From: a virus
Lineage: Duplodnaviria > Caudoviricetes
Direction: 5' to 3' (one strand)
Virus record (IMG/VR): IMGVR_UViG_2912649904_000001
Location: 1 to 64,000 of that record
DNA length: 64,000 nucleotides
In this document: positions 9,404 through 19,754 of the stretch, one piece after another
How the letters are laid out: each line of letters starts with the position of its first letter
Numbering within the stretch: the first letter of the stretch is position 1
The notes under the pieces: model-generated
What the model was told of the DNA's origin: nothing
Database searches by the model: none
Seen by the model: the letters and a program-made list of their open reading frames with translations, nothing else
Position numbers and translations under genes: made by a program

Positions 9404-10465
9404 TCACACCCCTGCCATCATCGGCGTCGCGGTATCCGAACCTGTCGCCGCTACCTGCACTTGCACCTGTTCCGAGCCCGGCGTCGACTCGGTGCCGCCG
9501 TCCTCGGCCACCTTCAATCCCACAATTTTGAGGCGCTGAGAGATCGGACGGCACGTGACCTGAGTGGTGATGTCCAAGCACCAGCCGGGGACCAGAAGCG
9601 GCACCTCTACGGCCGCGTCTGGACTGATCGTCACGTCCTGCGTGTCGATGAACACCGGAACCGGCAGCGAGGACCGCAGCCGCGACTTCGCGGCTTCCGT
9701 CGCGGCGGCGTCCGTCGTGATCGTCGTCTGCTCTACGTACCGCTCCAGCAGCCCGTAGTACGGGTCCGCGCCGCCTGCCTCCCCAAGAACGTCGCCCTCG
9801 TCGTCTCCAGCTACGACCCATCGCGTACCCAGCGCGGTACCGTCCTCGGCCACGATCAGGCCCTCCGGCAGGTCTGCGTCGCTGAGACGGCCGACGCTCA
9901 CCGTGTGGTTCTCCGGCATGAGCACGATCCGCGAGCCGACCGCGGTGTAGTCGAGACCGGTCTCCGCGAGGTCCCGCAGATGATCGCCGGTCTGCCCCAC
10001 GTTCCTCAGGTACTTCCTGCCGCCGCGCACACCAGACCGCCCAAGGATCTGGATCTCGTGACCCGGATCGTCCGGGGCGAACCCGTCGGTGATCAGCCAC
10101 TCGGCGATGTCCGTGAGGTCCGAGCCGCCGAAGGTGATGTCCTGGTGCGGCACCCGCCGGTCCAGCCACGCCAACAGGTCCCCGGCCCAAATCTCGATCT
10201 TCCCCAGCGACCATTCCACCTGGAGGACCGGACCAGACCAGACCGGCACCCCGTCGCGCCAGATGTTCAGGTAGGAGCGCCAGGCCCGGACCTCGCCGAG
10301 GCGTTCACAGCAGTCCCCATCGGGCTGCACCACGACACGGGCCGTTGAGGTGTCGTCCAGGTTCCTGGTCCACTCCACCTCGGTGAGCGTGTGGACCGGG
10401 GTCAGCGTCGCCCCGCTCCGGTCAGTGATCAAGGCGGCATGAGTGCCGCACCCTGCGACGGCCAT
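9404..10465 (-). CDS. Minor tail (hub-like) protein
   Basis: Second gene after the tape measure; VEWTRNLDDTS, IWRDGVPVWSGPV. Confidence 0.8.
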   Translation of the reverse strand: MAVAGCGTHAALITDRSGATLTPVHTLTEVEWTRNLDDTSTARVVVQPDGDCCERLGEVRAWRSYLNIWRDGVPVWSGPVLQVEWSLGKIEIWAGDLLAWLDRRVPHQDITFGGSDLTDIAEWLITDGFAPDDPGHEIQILGRSGVRGGRKYLRNVGQTGDHLRDLAETGLDYTAVGSRIVLMPENHTVSVGRLSDADLPEGLIVAEDGTALGTRWVVAGDDEGDVLGEAGGADPYYGLLERYVEQTTITTDAAATEAAKSRLRSSLPVPVFIDTQDVTISPDAAVEVPLLVPGWCLDITTQVTCRPISQRLKIVGLKVAEDGGTESTPGSEQVQVQVAATGSDTATPMMAGV

Positions 10466-10493
10466 AGGGCACCCCCGGCGTGAGGAAAGAGGT

Positions 10494-10526
10494 GCCCGGC
10501 CCACAACCAGCGACCCGCTCAGGGTA
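10494..10526 (-). promoter_or_regulatory. Late-gene leader motif with TACCCT -10
   Basis: Motif 10494-10511, agggta 10521-10526. Confidence 0.7.
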
Positions 10527-10535
10527 CGACGGTGG

Positions 10536-11966
10536 TCAGTACCCCCTGCCGGACACCGACAACGTCAGACGCGCGTCCTCGGCCGGAGGATTCAGCGCAT
10601 CTGTCTCCACGCACACGCAGAAGTTCGCGCACTCGAACGACGTGAACGACGGCGGCGCCCCGTCGTAGCCGTACACGTCCCGCGACGTCTCGCACTGCCC
10701 ACCGCACTCAACGATGGCCCGCCCGATCTGCCCGTCGATGAGGACCGAACCCCCGGCCGGAACGTACGCCACGGTGTACTGGCTGTGCGGCTCACACCGC
10801 TGGAACTCGGCGACTTCGTCGCACGTGAGGTCATCCCCGCCCGGGGGCCGCTCGTAGAACGTGATGGTCACGTTCCGCAGGTCGTCCGCCCCGGCACGCA
10901 GCGAGATCATCGGCACGTCCACCGACCATGCTGGCCTGTCCGTGAGGTCCATCTCGAGGCACTCGGTCTCGACCGCGAGGGCCAAGCAGAAACACGTGTC
11001 CAGGGCGGCGGGCTGCGGCGGCGCGGGTGGAGCGCACGACGGGTCGGCACACCCGATGGTGGGGTCCTCGCACGCCGCCAGGCGGCACACCCCGTCGCAC
11101 TGGTCAGGCGGGTTCTCCGTCGTCGGCCATGCCAGGTCGCAGGCCGCGTCATCGTTGACGACCGGCGCTGCGAGGGAGCCCCTGCACGTCTCGCGGGTTT
11201 CCACACACAGCACTTGTGGCGCCTGCCCGGTCACGCACCACACCACGCACTCGTTGTCGTCGGCGTTGCCCGGCAGAGGCACATCCAGGATCGGCGTGGG
11301 GTCCGTCCACGCCCACGGTGTCGCCGCCGTCAGGACGATCTCGACGGTGAGGACATCGGCGCCCGCGCTGCACTCCCCGGACGTACAGCCGTCGCCGTGC
11401 CGGGCGGTCACCGTTGGCCCCTGTGTCAGCGCGACCCGCCGGTAGGTGCGCAGCCTGTGCGCCCGGAACTCCTCCGGTGTCTCTTCCTCACCCGGACAGC
11501 ACGAGAACAACTGGAGGCAGTCCCCGTCGCAGGTGCCGCCCGTGCAGCCGGTCATGGCCTCCGCGAGCCAGTGCAGCCCGTACTCCACGGCGCAGCACGT
11601 CGCCCCGAGCAGGATGCCGGTGATGGTGATGGTGCGCGGCATCGCCCTGGCTGGCCCGAGCGCGGCACCGCCCGTCACGGCGTTCGTGACGCTGCGCCGC
11701 ATTGGGTAGTCGTCGAGTCCGTCAACGGACAGCACCAGGAAGCCGGTGAACTCGGCGCTCTCGGGGACGTCCGGGTCGTACCAGGGGGCGCCGTCGTCGG
11801 CCGGGTTGGTGTATGGCAGGTCGCCGACCATCTCCGCAGTGAACGTCGGGCACGCGCACGTACCGGCGTCGGCGAGCGGCGACCCGACGGACTGGAGATA
11901 TGCCTCCAGCCGGGCAGAGTTCGCGAGCTCGACACCGCCGAGCGCGAGGTACCCGTCCATCGCCAT
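10536..11966 (-). CDS. Minor tail (distal-tail-like) protein, Cys-rich
   Basis: First gene after the tape measure; GYLALGGVELANSAR, APWYDPD. Confidence 0.8.
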   Translation of the reverse strand: MAMDGYLALGGVELANSARLEAYLQSVGSPLADAGTCACPTFTAEMVGDLPYTNPADDGAPWYDPDVPESAEFTGFLVLSVDGLDDYPMRRSVTNAVTGGAALGPARAMPRTITITGILLGATCCAVEYGLHWLAEAMTGCTGGTCDGDCLQLFSCCPGEEETPEEFRAHRLRTYRRVALTQGPTVTARHGDGCTSGECSAGADVLTVEIVLTAATPWAWTDPTPILDVPLPGNADDNECVVWCVTGQAPQVLCVETRETCRGSLAAPVVNDDAACDLAWPTTENPPDQCDGVCRLAACEDPTIGCADPSCAPPAPPQPAALDTCFCLALAVETECLEMDLTDRPAWSVDVPMISLRAGADDLRNVTITFYERPPGGDDLTCDEVAEFQRCEPHSQYTVAYVPAGGSVLIDGQIGRAIVECGGQCETSRDVYGYDGAPPSFTSFECANFCVCVETDALNPPAEDARLTLSVSGRGY

Positions 11967-11967
11967 A

Positions 11968-14900
11968 TCAGATCACTCCCGCCGCGAGGGCCAGCCTGGA
12001 CGCGACGCGGTGCGCAGTCGCCCGCGCGTCGCCCGCCTCGTAGATGTGGAATACCGCGCCCGGGCCGCCAGGCAGCGGCGGCGGCTTCTCCTTGCTGCGG
12101 CTGCTGTCGCGGCCGTTCATCGCGCCAAGCATGTCCATCAGCCCCGACTTCTCCGCAAGATGCTGCGCGCGGCGGGGCTTCGTCAGCGGGATGATCACCT
12201 CGGGCCCGGCTTCGCCGACGAGCCCGACGACAGGGCTGTTGACGATGCCGCCCTCCGCGAAGGGCAGCACCTTCCGCACCGCGCCCGGCAAGCCGCCCTT
12301 GATCTTCGACACGATCCGGCTCCCGATGTTGCCCAGCGAGGCAACGATCTTTCCAGGCAGCGACGAGAACAGGTCCACGATCGCCGAGATCAGTGAGGAC
12401 ACCGCCGAGCGGGCGGAGCCCGTCGCCGACCGGAACACCCCAGCAATCCGGTCCCCGAGGCCGGACAGCGCAGACACGATCCGGCCCGGCAGGGTGGAGA
12501 AGAACGTGGCGACCGACGAACCAAACGTGTGGGCAGCCGCGAGGCCGGAGGAGCCAGCAGACCGGAACAGAGAACTGACCCGTCCGGGCAGTGCGGCCAG
12601 CGCGGACCCGATCCGGCCGGGGAGCGCCGCGAAGAACGACACCGCCGACGAGACGAACAAGCTGATCGCCGACCGGGCAGCGGACACACCACGGGAGAAG
12701 GCGCCGCCGATCGCCGACCCAAGCGACGCGAGCGCGGCGACGATCTTCCCCGGTAGCACCGTGAACAGGGCGATGATCCCCGCCAGCGCGGTCAGCAGAG
12801 CGATACCCAGCAAGGCGACCGCGTTCACGAACAAGTCGACGAGCAGGCCGGGTAGCGCCACCAGCGCGGCGATGATGCGGCCGGGCAGCGCGGTGAAGAA
12901 GCCCACCACTGCGGTGAAAGCGCTTGTGATGCCCGTGACGATCGTGGTGACCAGCGTCGTGAACGTGGTCGTGATCAGCGACCCCAGCGCCGACAAGCCG
13001 GACACGATCAGTGTCGGCAGTTGCGTGATGAACGTGACGAGGTTCGACAGGCTGGAGATCAAGAACGTCAGGACGTTCACGACCCCGGTGATGATCGGAA
13101 CGACGACGTTGATCGCGGCCCACGACAGGAACGCGGCAGCTACCTGGAGGACGGGGCCGAGGAGCCGCACAACGAGAACAACCAGCGGCGCCAGCGCCTC
13201 GACTAACTGCGCGACGGACGGCAGCAGCGGCACCAGCGCCAGCAGGATCGCGTTGAACGCCTCCACGATCGGTGGGAGCACCGGCAGCAGCGCGTTCGCC
13301 AACGCGGTGTACACCGGCACCAGCGCGCTCGCGATGCGAACCAGGACCCCGGCCAGGGTTTTAAGCACGGGGGCGAGGGACTGGAAGACCTGAGCGACGG
13401 CCTGCCCTGCACCGGCCGCGAGCGGCGCCATGGCCTGCACGAGCATCGAGAACGCCTGACCGATCTGCGGCAGGACCGGCAGCAGCGCCCCGACGAGCGC
13501 CTGAATGATCGGCTGGAACAGGCTGACGAGGTTCTGGAGAACCGGCGCGAGGGCCTGCCCGATGACGGCGACGATCTGCCCGACGAGCGGCAGCAGAGGC
13601 GCGAGCGCGGACACCGCGCCGCCGATCGCGGCGCCGAGCGGCGCAAGGGAGGGGCCGATGATGCCGAGCCCTTGGGCAAGGGCCTGGCCGACGGCCGCCA
13701 GCGACGGCGCGATGGCCGCCAGGGCGGGCCCGAGCGCGTTGATCAGTCCGGTCAGGGCGGGCCCGACTGCGGTGAAGATGGGGGCCAGGGCAGGGGCGAT
13801 GGCGCCGAGCTGCGTCACCAGCGCGCTGAGGATCGGGCCGAGCTGCGCCGCGATCGTGCCGATGGTGCGGAAGATGTTCCCGATGGCCTCTTGGCCCTGG
13901 GCGGAGTTGACGAACTCTCGGAAGCTCGCGGTGATCGTCTGAATGTTGTTCAGCAGTCCGCCGCCCGCGCCGTCGGCGGCTCGGAACACCCCCGCGAGGA
14001 TGCTGCCGACGTTCGAGGCGATGGCGCCGAGCTGCTGGAAGACGGCGACCGCGCCGCGCACCCAGGCTACGGCCTGCCCACCCTCGGCGATGCGGGTCAG
14101 GAACTCGCCGAACCGTACCGCGAGCCCGCCGACCGCCTGTCCGAGCTGCGTGCCGAATGCCTGCGAGACGGCGGCGGCGACGTCCAAGAAGCCCTGGGCG
14201 AGCGGCCGTGTTCCCTGGGCGAGGGCGTCGACGGCGGACTTCGTGCCCGCGATCACGGTCTGGATCTGGGAGAACGCGGCCTGCGTCGACAGGAACCGCA
14301 GGCCCGCCGCTGCGGCACGGCCGAATCCGGCGGCGACATCCTCCAGGCCCTTGCTGAGGGGCAGCAGGTTCTTGATCGCTCCGCTGACCTGCGACGCGAA
14401 CTCCTCGAAGAACGCCTGCTGGACAGCCTGTTGAACCTCTTTGAGCTGCGGCGCCAGCTCCTTGACCGCCCCGACGGCTGTCCTCGCGGCCGGGGCCAGG
14501 CCCTCGATCGCCTCCGCGTACTTCGCGGCGTCCCCGGAGAACGCCGCCACCAGCGCGTCGCCGACACCAACGACCGCCAGGCGCAGGGCGCCGAGCGCGA
14601 TCTGCGCCCCGGCGATAGCCGCAGGGAACGCAGCGACGATCCCAGCCGCGGGGGCGAGCGCGGCGACCAGCGCCCCGATGGAGGAAGCCGCCCCGGCGGC
14701 GGCGATACCGACGGCTCCGAAGGCGAGGAGGCCGCTCAGCGCGCCGCCGACCCGGCCGGCGATACCGCCGAGCCTGCCCAGCGACCGGGACAACCGGTCG
14801 GTGTCGACGTTCGCGTTGACCGTGACGTCGGGCGGCCGGTGCTCCCGGATACGGGCGTCGAAGCCGTCCAGGTTCGGCACGACCCGTACGGGGATCGGGA

Positions 14901-15222
14901 CGCCGGCCAGGACGGCGCGGACCCGCGCGACGAACCCCGTCAGGTCGGGGACGACGGGGACGTTGATGCTGCCCAGGCTGCGGAGCCCGGTCAGCAGCGC
15001 CGAGTCGAACCGGCGCAGGTCCGGCTCTACTTGGACCGTGACGGCAGCGGCGTTCAGGCCGCGCTGGATGTTCCGCCGGATCTGGGCACCGATGTTGCGT
15101 GTGCCCCGGTCCAGGCTGTTCTGGATGCGGTTGGCGACCTGTCGCGAATCCGACGTCGTGTCGCCGTCGTCGAGGACGATTGTGATCCGTGCTGACCCGT
15201 AGTCGACGTCCTCGCCAGCCAC
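11968..15222 (-). CDS. Tape measure protein
   Basis: ~1084 aa Ala/Leu/Gly-rich helical repeats; C-terminal FAEGGIV..VGEAGPEVIIPL; GTG start after GGAGG. Confidence 0.92.
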   Translation of the reverse strand: MAGEDVDYGSARITIVLDDGDTTSDSRQVANRIQNSLDRGTRNIGAQIRRNIQRGLNAAAVTVQVEPDLRRFDSALLTGLRSLGSINVPVVPDLTGFVARVRAVLAGVPIPVRVVPNLDGFDARIREHRPPDVTVNANVDTDRLSRSLGRLGGIAGRVGGALSGLLAFGAVGIAAAGAASSIGALVAALAPAAGIVAAFPAAIAGAQIALGALRLAVVGVGDALVAAFSGDAAKYAEAIEGLAPAARTAVGAVKELAPQLKEVQQAVQQAFFEEFASQVSGAIKNLLPLSKGLEDVAAGFGRAAAAGLRFLSTQAAFSQIQTVIAGTKSAVDALAQGTRPLAQGFLDVAAAVSQAFGTQLGQAVGGLAVRFGEFLTRIAEGGQAVAWVRGAVAVFQQLGAIASNVGSILAGVFRAADGAGGGLLNNIQTITASFREFVNSAQGQEAIGNIFRTIGTIAAQLGPILSALVTQLGAIAPALAPIFTAVGPALTGLINALGPALAAIAPSLAAVGQALAQGLGIIGPSLAPLGAAIGGAVSALAPLLPLVGQIVAVIGQALAPVLQNLVSLFQPIIQALVGALLPVLPQIGQAFSMLVQAMAPLAAGAGQAVAQVFQSLAPVLKTLAGVLVRIASALVPVYTALANALLPVLPPIVEAFNAILLALVPLLPSVAQLVEALAPLVVLVVRLLGPVLQVAAAFLSWAAINVVVPIITGVVNVLTFLISSLSNLVTFITQLPTLIVSGLSALGSLITTTFTTLVTTIVTGITSAFTAVVGFFTALPGRIIAALVALPGLLVDLFVNAVALLGIALLTALAGIIALFTVLPGKIVAALASLGSAIGGAFSRGVSAARSAISLFVSSAVSFFAALPGRIGSALAALPGRVSSLFRSAGSSGLAAAHTFGSSVATFFSTLPGRIVSALSGLGDRIAGVFRSATGSARSAVSSLISAIVDLFSSLPGKIVASLGNIGSRIVSKIKGGLPGAVRKVLPFAEGGIVNSPVVGLVGEAGPEVIIPLTKPRRAQHLAEKSGLMDMLGAMNGRDSSRSKEKPPPLPGGPGAVFHIYEAGDARATAHRVASRLALAAGVI

Positions 15223-15250
15223 CGGGCAACCTCCGCAATTGCGTGTGGTT

Positions 15251-15320
15251 GCCCGGCCCAAAACCAGCGGCGACGCCTCCGGTCCCCGTGCCCAGGGTCC
15301 GGAGGCGTGACCCCAGGTTA
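15251..15320 (-). promoter_or_regulatory. Late-gene leader motif with inserted hairpin and TAACCT -10
   Basis: GCCCGGCCCAAAACCAGC 15251-15268; stem 15273-15308; aggtta 15315-15320. Confidence 0.65.
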
Positions 15321-15324
15321 GCCG

Positions 15325-15650
15325 CTACCTGCTACCGGTCATCCGAGCGTCCTCGGCCGCGAGTTGGGCGGCGAGAGCCTGCGCCCCAGCCCGGTCCAGC
15401 GCCGTGCCTGGCGGGCGCCCCCGGCGACGGCCTCGGCCGCGTTCGGACGCGGGCGGGGCGTAGAGCTTCGCCCGGTTTCGCTGCCGCTCGGCGTCGTCTT
15501 CCGCTGAGGCGTCCATCGCGGCCTCTGCGGCGTTGAGCATCGTCCTCAGCGTCCACGTGTGCGGGTCGACCCCTTGGAGGACGAGACCGCCCTCCCACGA
15601 GTCCCAGGAGGCGGCGACGCTGCCGCAGAGCCTCCAGACAGCCCAGTAGG
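15325..15650 (-). CDS. Tail assembly chaperone extension (probable -1 frameshift product)
   Basis: Overlaps the 3' end of 15546-16091 in the -1 frame, immediately before the tape measure. Confidence 0.6.
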
Positions 15651-16091
15651 GCGCTGGCCGCCCCCATACAGCTCGACAGCCCACTCCAGCAGCTCGACCA
15701 ACACCCGGTCCGGGAGTCGCATCCCCGAGTCGCGCACCGTGGAACCCTTGCTTTCGGCGGCGTGCGCGTCGGCCTCTTCGCGGGTGCCGAACGACTCGAC
15801 CGCCTTGCCGCCCTTGACGACCTCCCAGCGAGCGAACACCTGCGCCGACTCCGGGAGCATCAGCTTCGCGAGGAACACACGGAGGGACTGCACGATCGCC
15901 CGCAGCTTATCCGGGGCGATTCCGGACAAGTTGTTGATGTCGACGCCGAGCTGCTTCTGCGTCTGCTGCAAGTCCTCGTACGCGTCGAGGAACTGGTCGC
16001 CCATCACCTCGGGCTGGAACAGCAGCTCCACGTCGCCGATCTCGGCGACGTGCGGCTCGGTGTTGATCGTGAACTGGCGGCGCTGGCTCAT
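15546..16091 (-). CDS. Tail assembly chaperone
   Basis: Position; ends ..ELYGGGQRPT followed by a Ser/Gly-rich tail. Confidence 0.75.
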   Translation of the reverse strand: MSQRRQFTINTEPHVAEIGDVELLFQPEVMGDQFLDAYEDLQQTQKQLGVDINNLSGIAPDKLRAIVQSLRVFLAKLMLPESAQVFARWEVVKGGKAVESFGTREEADAHAAESKGSTVRDSGMRLPDRVLVELLEWAVELYGGGQRPTGLSGGSAAASPPPGTRGRAVSSSKGSTRTRGR

Positions 16092-16122
16092 CGGGTCGCT
16101 CCCGCAGTGTGCTCGTGACGGC

Positions 16123-16158
16123 GCCCGGCCCACAACCAGCGGCGCGGACCGAAGGGTA
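16123..16158 (-). promoter_or_regulatory. Late-gene leader motif with TACCCT -10
   Basis: Motif 16123-16143, agggta 16153-16158. Confidence 0.7.
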
Positions 16159-16228
16159 CGCGGTCGGCAAGAACCTGCCTGGGCGTCAGCTACACGCCCT
16201 ACCGTGAACGAGCAGGGGAGGAACCGGT

Positions 16229-16951
16229 ATGGGGAAAGCTCAGCAGGCATGGGGCGGGCTGAATGCTCGTCAGCGCATCTACATGGAGGTCATGTACGGC
16301 GAGGACCAAGGACTGGAGGAGGAGCAGCGGCAGCTCGGCACTCAAGGGCGGTTCACCAAGGCCCCCGCGCAGGTGTGGCGGCGGATCTTCCTCTCCGGGC
16401 GGGATGCGCCCACCCCGAGAGCGTTGCGGGCGCGCGGGTTGTGGGAGTCGGGCGCCGGGTCAACCCTGGCCGCGCTCGCCGACCGGGGGCTGATCGAGCT
16501 GGGCACCACCGACACCGGCGCCCCGTACGCGCTTCTCACCCGGGCCGGCCGCGCCGCCACGCGTGCCGGGCTGGGTATCGCTCCGATGCCCAGCAAAGCT
16601 CCGTGGGAGCTGTCCGAGTGGCTCTGGCGCGAGATGGCCAAGGTCGCCAGGGCCGGGGAGGACGGCCTGCCGCCCGAGGAGCTGTTCGGGTCCGCGCACC
16701 TGTACCTCGTCACCGGATACGACAGACACCGGGGGAACCGGCCCTACTTGGACGTCCACGAGGAGAGCGTCACATACACGCCCCGGGACTTTAGCGGCAA
16801 CCTTCGCGCCGGCCACCAGGCGAGCCGCACCGTGCGCCGCTACCGGTTTACCGAAGCGGGGCGGGCGCACTACGTCGACCACGTCGAGGACTACCGCAAG
16901 TTCTACCCCGAGATCGAGGCACCCGACCTGGCCGTGGTCCCCCGCAGCTAG
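16229..16951 (+). CDS. Hypothetical protein, possibly two winged-helix segments
   Basis: GGGAGG RBS; LADRGLI..YALLTRAGR and YRFTEAGR motifs. Confidence 0.75.
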   Translation: MGKAQQAWGGLNARQRIYMEVMYGEDQGLEEEQRQLGTQGRFTKAPAQVWRRIFLSGRDAPTPRALRARGLWESGAGSTLAALADRGLIELGTTDTGAPYALLTRAGRAATRAGLGIAPMPSKAPWELSEWLWREMAKVARAGEDGLPPEELFGSAHLYLVTGYDRHRGNRPYLDVHEESVTYTPRDFSGNLRAGHQASRTVRRYRFTEAGRAHYVDHVEDYRKFYPEIEAPDLAVVPRS

Positions 16952-17045
16952 CGGCCGTGGTGAGTTTCGCGAATCGGCCACGGCGACCGCGCTCCGCAAG
17001 GAAACTTCCCTGGTCAAGAACTTGTCGGTAGATCAGGAGATTGCG

Positions 17046-17891
17046 GTGCATTCAGTCCTGCGAGTCGTCACGTTCAACACGCTCTTCGGTGGTCATTCCG
17101 ACTCTGGTCTTGGGCTAGCCGAACGGTGGGACGGTCAAGTCGAGTTCCTGCGGTCACTGCGGGCGGACGTGCTGGCTCTCCAGGAGTGCAACTTCTGGGA
17201 CCTGCTGGGCCGAAGGCGCCTGCATCGGATGGTGACCGCGCTGGGCATGGCTCAGGGCTTCCTCGCAGAGGCCAACGTGACGACGGCCGGACATCGCTTT
17301 CACTCCGCGATCCTGCTCAGCGAACGGGTTGCGGTAGACGCCGAGGACGCGGACCGTACGCGTTACCACCACGTCATGGGTTGGGCGAACCTCACGGTGC
17401 CCGGCATGGAGGGCCTGGTCGAGCTACGTAATCTCCACCTGGACCCCTTCGACCCACGCAACCGAGCGCGCGAGGTAGCCCCGTTGGGGATCTTGGCCGC
17501 TCCTGGGCGACGGTCCTTGGTCGTCGGCGACTTCAACACCGTCGGGCTCGGTTTCGCGGAGCCTGACTGGTCAACGCTCCCGCCGCATCTCCGCAACGGG
17601 CACCTGCACTTGCCTGGTCAGGCAGAGAGCTCCGATCGCGATGCGCTTGAGCTGTTGGCCCGCGCCGGCTTCGTGGACACTTCGAGCCGCTTCGGGCAGG
17701 AAACGGCGGCGACGGCCGCGTTCGGCGATGGTGACGTGCCTCGGCGCCAGGACCTCATCCTGGCGAGCCCCGCTATGGCCGCGGGTCTCGTGCGCTACCA
17801 GGTGCACATGGAACCGGTAGATATGGGGCTGTCGGACCACGCTGCCGTGAGCGCGGACTTCGACCTCGGTGTGCTGGCGCAGGGGGCGTGA
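17046..17891 (+). CDS. Endonuclease/exonuclease/phosphatase (EEP) family protein
   Basis: RVVTFN, DVLALQE, NLHL, VVGDFN, RQDLIL, SDHAAV; GTG after AGGAG. Confidence 0.9.
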   Translation: MHSVLRVVTFNTLFGGHSDSGLGLAERWDGQVEFLRSLRADVLALQECNFWDLLGRRRLHRMVTALGMAQGFLAEANVTTAGHRFHSAILLSERVAVDAEDADRTRYHHVMGWANLTVPGMEGLVELRNLHLDPFDPRNRAREVAPLGILAAPGRRSLVVGDFNTVGLGFAEPDWSTLPPHLRNGHLHLPGQAESSDRDALELLARAGFVDTSSRFGQETAATAAFGDGDVPRRQDLILASPAMAAGLVRYQVHMEPVDMGLSDHAAVSADFDLGVLAQGA

Positions 17892-17900
17892 CGGGTCTGG

Positions 17901-18425
17901 TCAAGTGCGGCTGTTGGCGCTGATGTGGTGGTGGGCGAGCGAGTGTGCCGCCCACCGCGCCGACTCCTCCATCATCGTGCCGCCAGGCCAGTTGTCGGCG
18001 GAACTCAGTTCCACGCCGGTCGCGGTGTAGGCGAGAGGCGGGTGGCGGGTGGTGAGTTGGCGGAAGAGGGCGCTGAGGGGGGAGTCGTCCTCGAGGTCGT
18101 GTCCGTGCTGGGTCAAGCCGTCGCGGACGGTGTGCTCAAGCGAGGCGTCGGTCGCGTCACCGGGGCTTGGGGTGAGCGCGACGACAAGCTCGTCGACCGA
18201 TACCTCCTCGGGATCCTGGTCGAGGGGGCGTGCGTACAGCAGGAGTGCCACGGTCGGCAGGGCGTGGGTGAAGGGGCCGGCGCTGTAGTGCTTGGGCCAC
18301 GTCGGCTCAAGGAGGGTGGCCGAGGCGCGAAGGGCATGGTGCCACCGCACAGTTGCCTGTTCGCCTGTCGACAATGCGAAGGCCATCCGGCCCGCCGCCC
18401 ACCACAGATTCCGCATGTCCGCCAT
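17901..18425 (-). CDS. Hypothetical protein
   Basis: Protein-like ORF from MADMRNLWW; start uncertain. Confidence 0.6.
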   Translation of the reverse strand: MADMRNLWWAAGRMAFALSTGEQATVRWHHALRASATLLEPTWPKHYSAGPFTHALPTVALLLYARPLDQDPEEVSVDELVVALTPSPGDATDASLEHTVRDGLTQHGHDLEDDSPLSALFRQLTTRHPPLAYTATGVELSSADNWPGGTMMEESARWAAHSLAHHHISANSRT

Positions 18426-18604
18426 GGCCGTCAACCTATGGTCTCGAAGGCTCCTTTGTCTCCCCGCATCCCCCTGTGGCCCGGGTAGTTGGGGTAGGGC
18501 GCCAAGGCGCCCTACCTGAGGGCCCCGGCTCTGGCATCTTGCCTCTCGGCGTGGATCGGGCATGACAAGCTCGTACGAAGCGACACCGATGATGAGGGGG
18601 ACAT

Positions 18605-19087
18605 GTGAGCACCGTTGTCGATCGGCTCCGTACGTGGCAGGCGGCTGGCGGACCGGATCTGTGGCAGCGCTCCTGGGACCGAGCAATCAGCGTGGTGGAG
18701 GGTCCACTCGCCGGGTACGAGATCCGGCTCGACGGAGTTGTCATCGCTGAAGGAGCTGCCGGTCTCGCTACCGCGCTGTACATTCTGTCGGCAGAGCACG
18801 GCATCGACCCGGATCAAGTCGTCGACGAGCAGGTCCGCGAGCTGTACGACGGCGAGATGGCCGGAGAGGAGCGCCAGGCTCTTTGGGAGCGGCGTCTTGC
18901 TGCGCTCGGCCATGACCTGACGGACACGTGCGACCCCGTGGTTCAGGTATGGACGATCATCACCCACACCTACACCACCCCGGGCGCCGCGTGGGATGAC
19001 GCGTTCGATGCGTCCATGACGCGCTGGGGCCGCGGCTACACCGACGGAATGACGCGACTGCGTACGCGCTTCGGCATCAGCCTCTGA
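18605..19087 (+). CDS. Hypothetical protein
   Basis: GAGGGGG RBS, 160 aa, followed closely by the 2H gene. Confidence 0.7.
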   Translation: MSTVVDRLRTWQAAGGPDLWQRSWDRAISVVEGPLAGYEIRLDGVVIAEGAAGLATALYILSAEHGIDPDQVVDEQVRELYDGEMAGEERQALWERRLAALGHDLTDTCDPVVQVWTIITHTYTTPGAAWDDAFDASMTRWGRGYTDGMTRLRTRFGISL

Positions 19088-19103
19088 CTCGGGGGAGCTT
19101 GAG

Positions 19104-19742
19104 GTGCAGCCGTTCAAGTTCCAGCATGGGACGGACGCTTGGAAGGCCGACAGCGTCCTGCATGTCTACGGGATCGTCGATCTCGTCGACCCTCGCCACG
19201 AGCCTTTGATCACCCTCTTGACCAAGGCGACCGAGGTCCTGCTCGACGCGGGTTTCCCGGTATGCCCGGTGGAGCCGCAGTGGCTCCACATCACGCTCGA
19301 TCAACTGTCAGGCCGCCCCGCATCGGCCGTGCCCCAAGAGGAACGAGAGGCCTTGGTCGAAGCCCTGAACCGGCGCCTGTCCGACGTCGCGCCGCTCGAC
19401 GTCGTCGTGGGGTCCATGCTGGCGTACCACTCCGGCGTGATCGGGGACTTGCATCCCGATGAGGAGATCGCTGCTCTGCACACCGCAGTGCGCAGCACTA
19501 TCCGGAGCGTCTGCGGGGAAGCCGCCACCCGATACCTCTGGGGAGTGCAACACCTGACGGCGGCCTACGCCTACGACCACGCCGACTCCGACGCGGCTCA
19601 GCGTCTGCTGCGACGCGTCCGGCCGAGCCACGCTCACCTGCACATCTCCGCTGTCCACCTGGTGGACGTCACCGCGACGACCACCGAGCAGTCGAAAACC
19701 ATTACCTGGGAACACCTAGCTGAGATCCCGCTCGGTGGATAA
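19104..19742 (+). CDS. 2H phosphoesterase (2'-5' RNA ligase-like)
   Basis: Two HxT motifs: WLHITL and QHLTAAY. Confidence 0.85.
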   Translation: MQPFKFQHGTDAWKADSVLHVYGIVDLVDPRHEPLITLLTKATEVLLDAGFPVCPVEPQWLHITLDQLSGRPASAVPQEEREALVEALNRRLSDVAPLDVVVGSMLAYHSGVIGDLHPDEEIAALHTAVRSTIRSVCGEAATRYLWGVQHLTAAYAYDHADSDAAQRLLRRVRPSHAHLHISAVHLVDVTATTTEQSKTITWEHLAEIPLGG

Positions 19743-19754
19743 AGCCCAGCACAC

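Noticed and set aside
5164-15202. Long plus-strand ORFs (for example 5164-6831, 10443-12194, 12044-13393, 13672-15195)
   Set aside because: Antisense shadows of high-GC genes with no recognisable motifs.
16563-17045. N-terminal extension of the EEP ORF
   Set aside because: It overlaps 16229-16951; the RBS and the domain start support GTG 17046.
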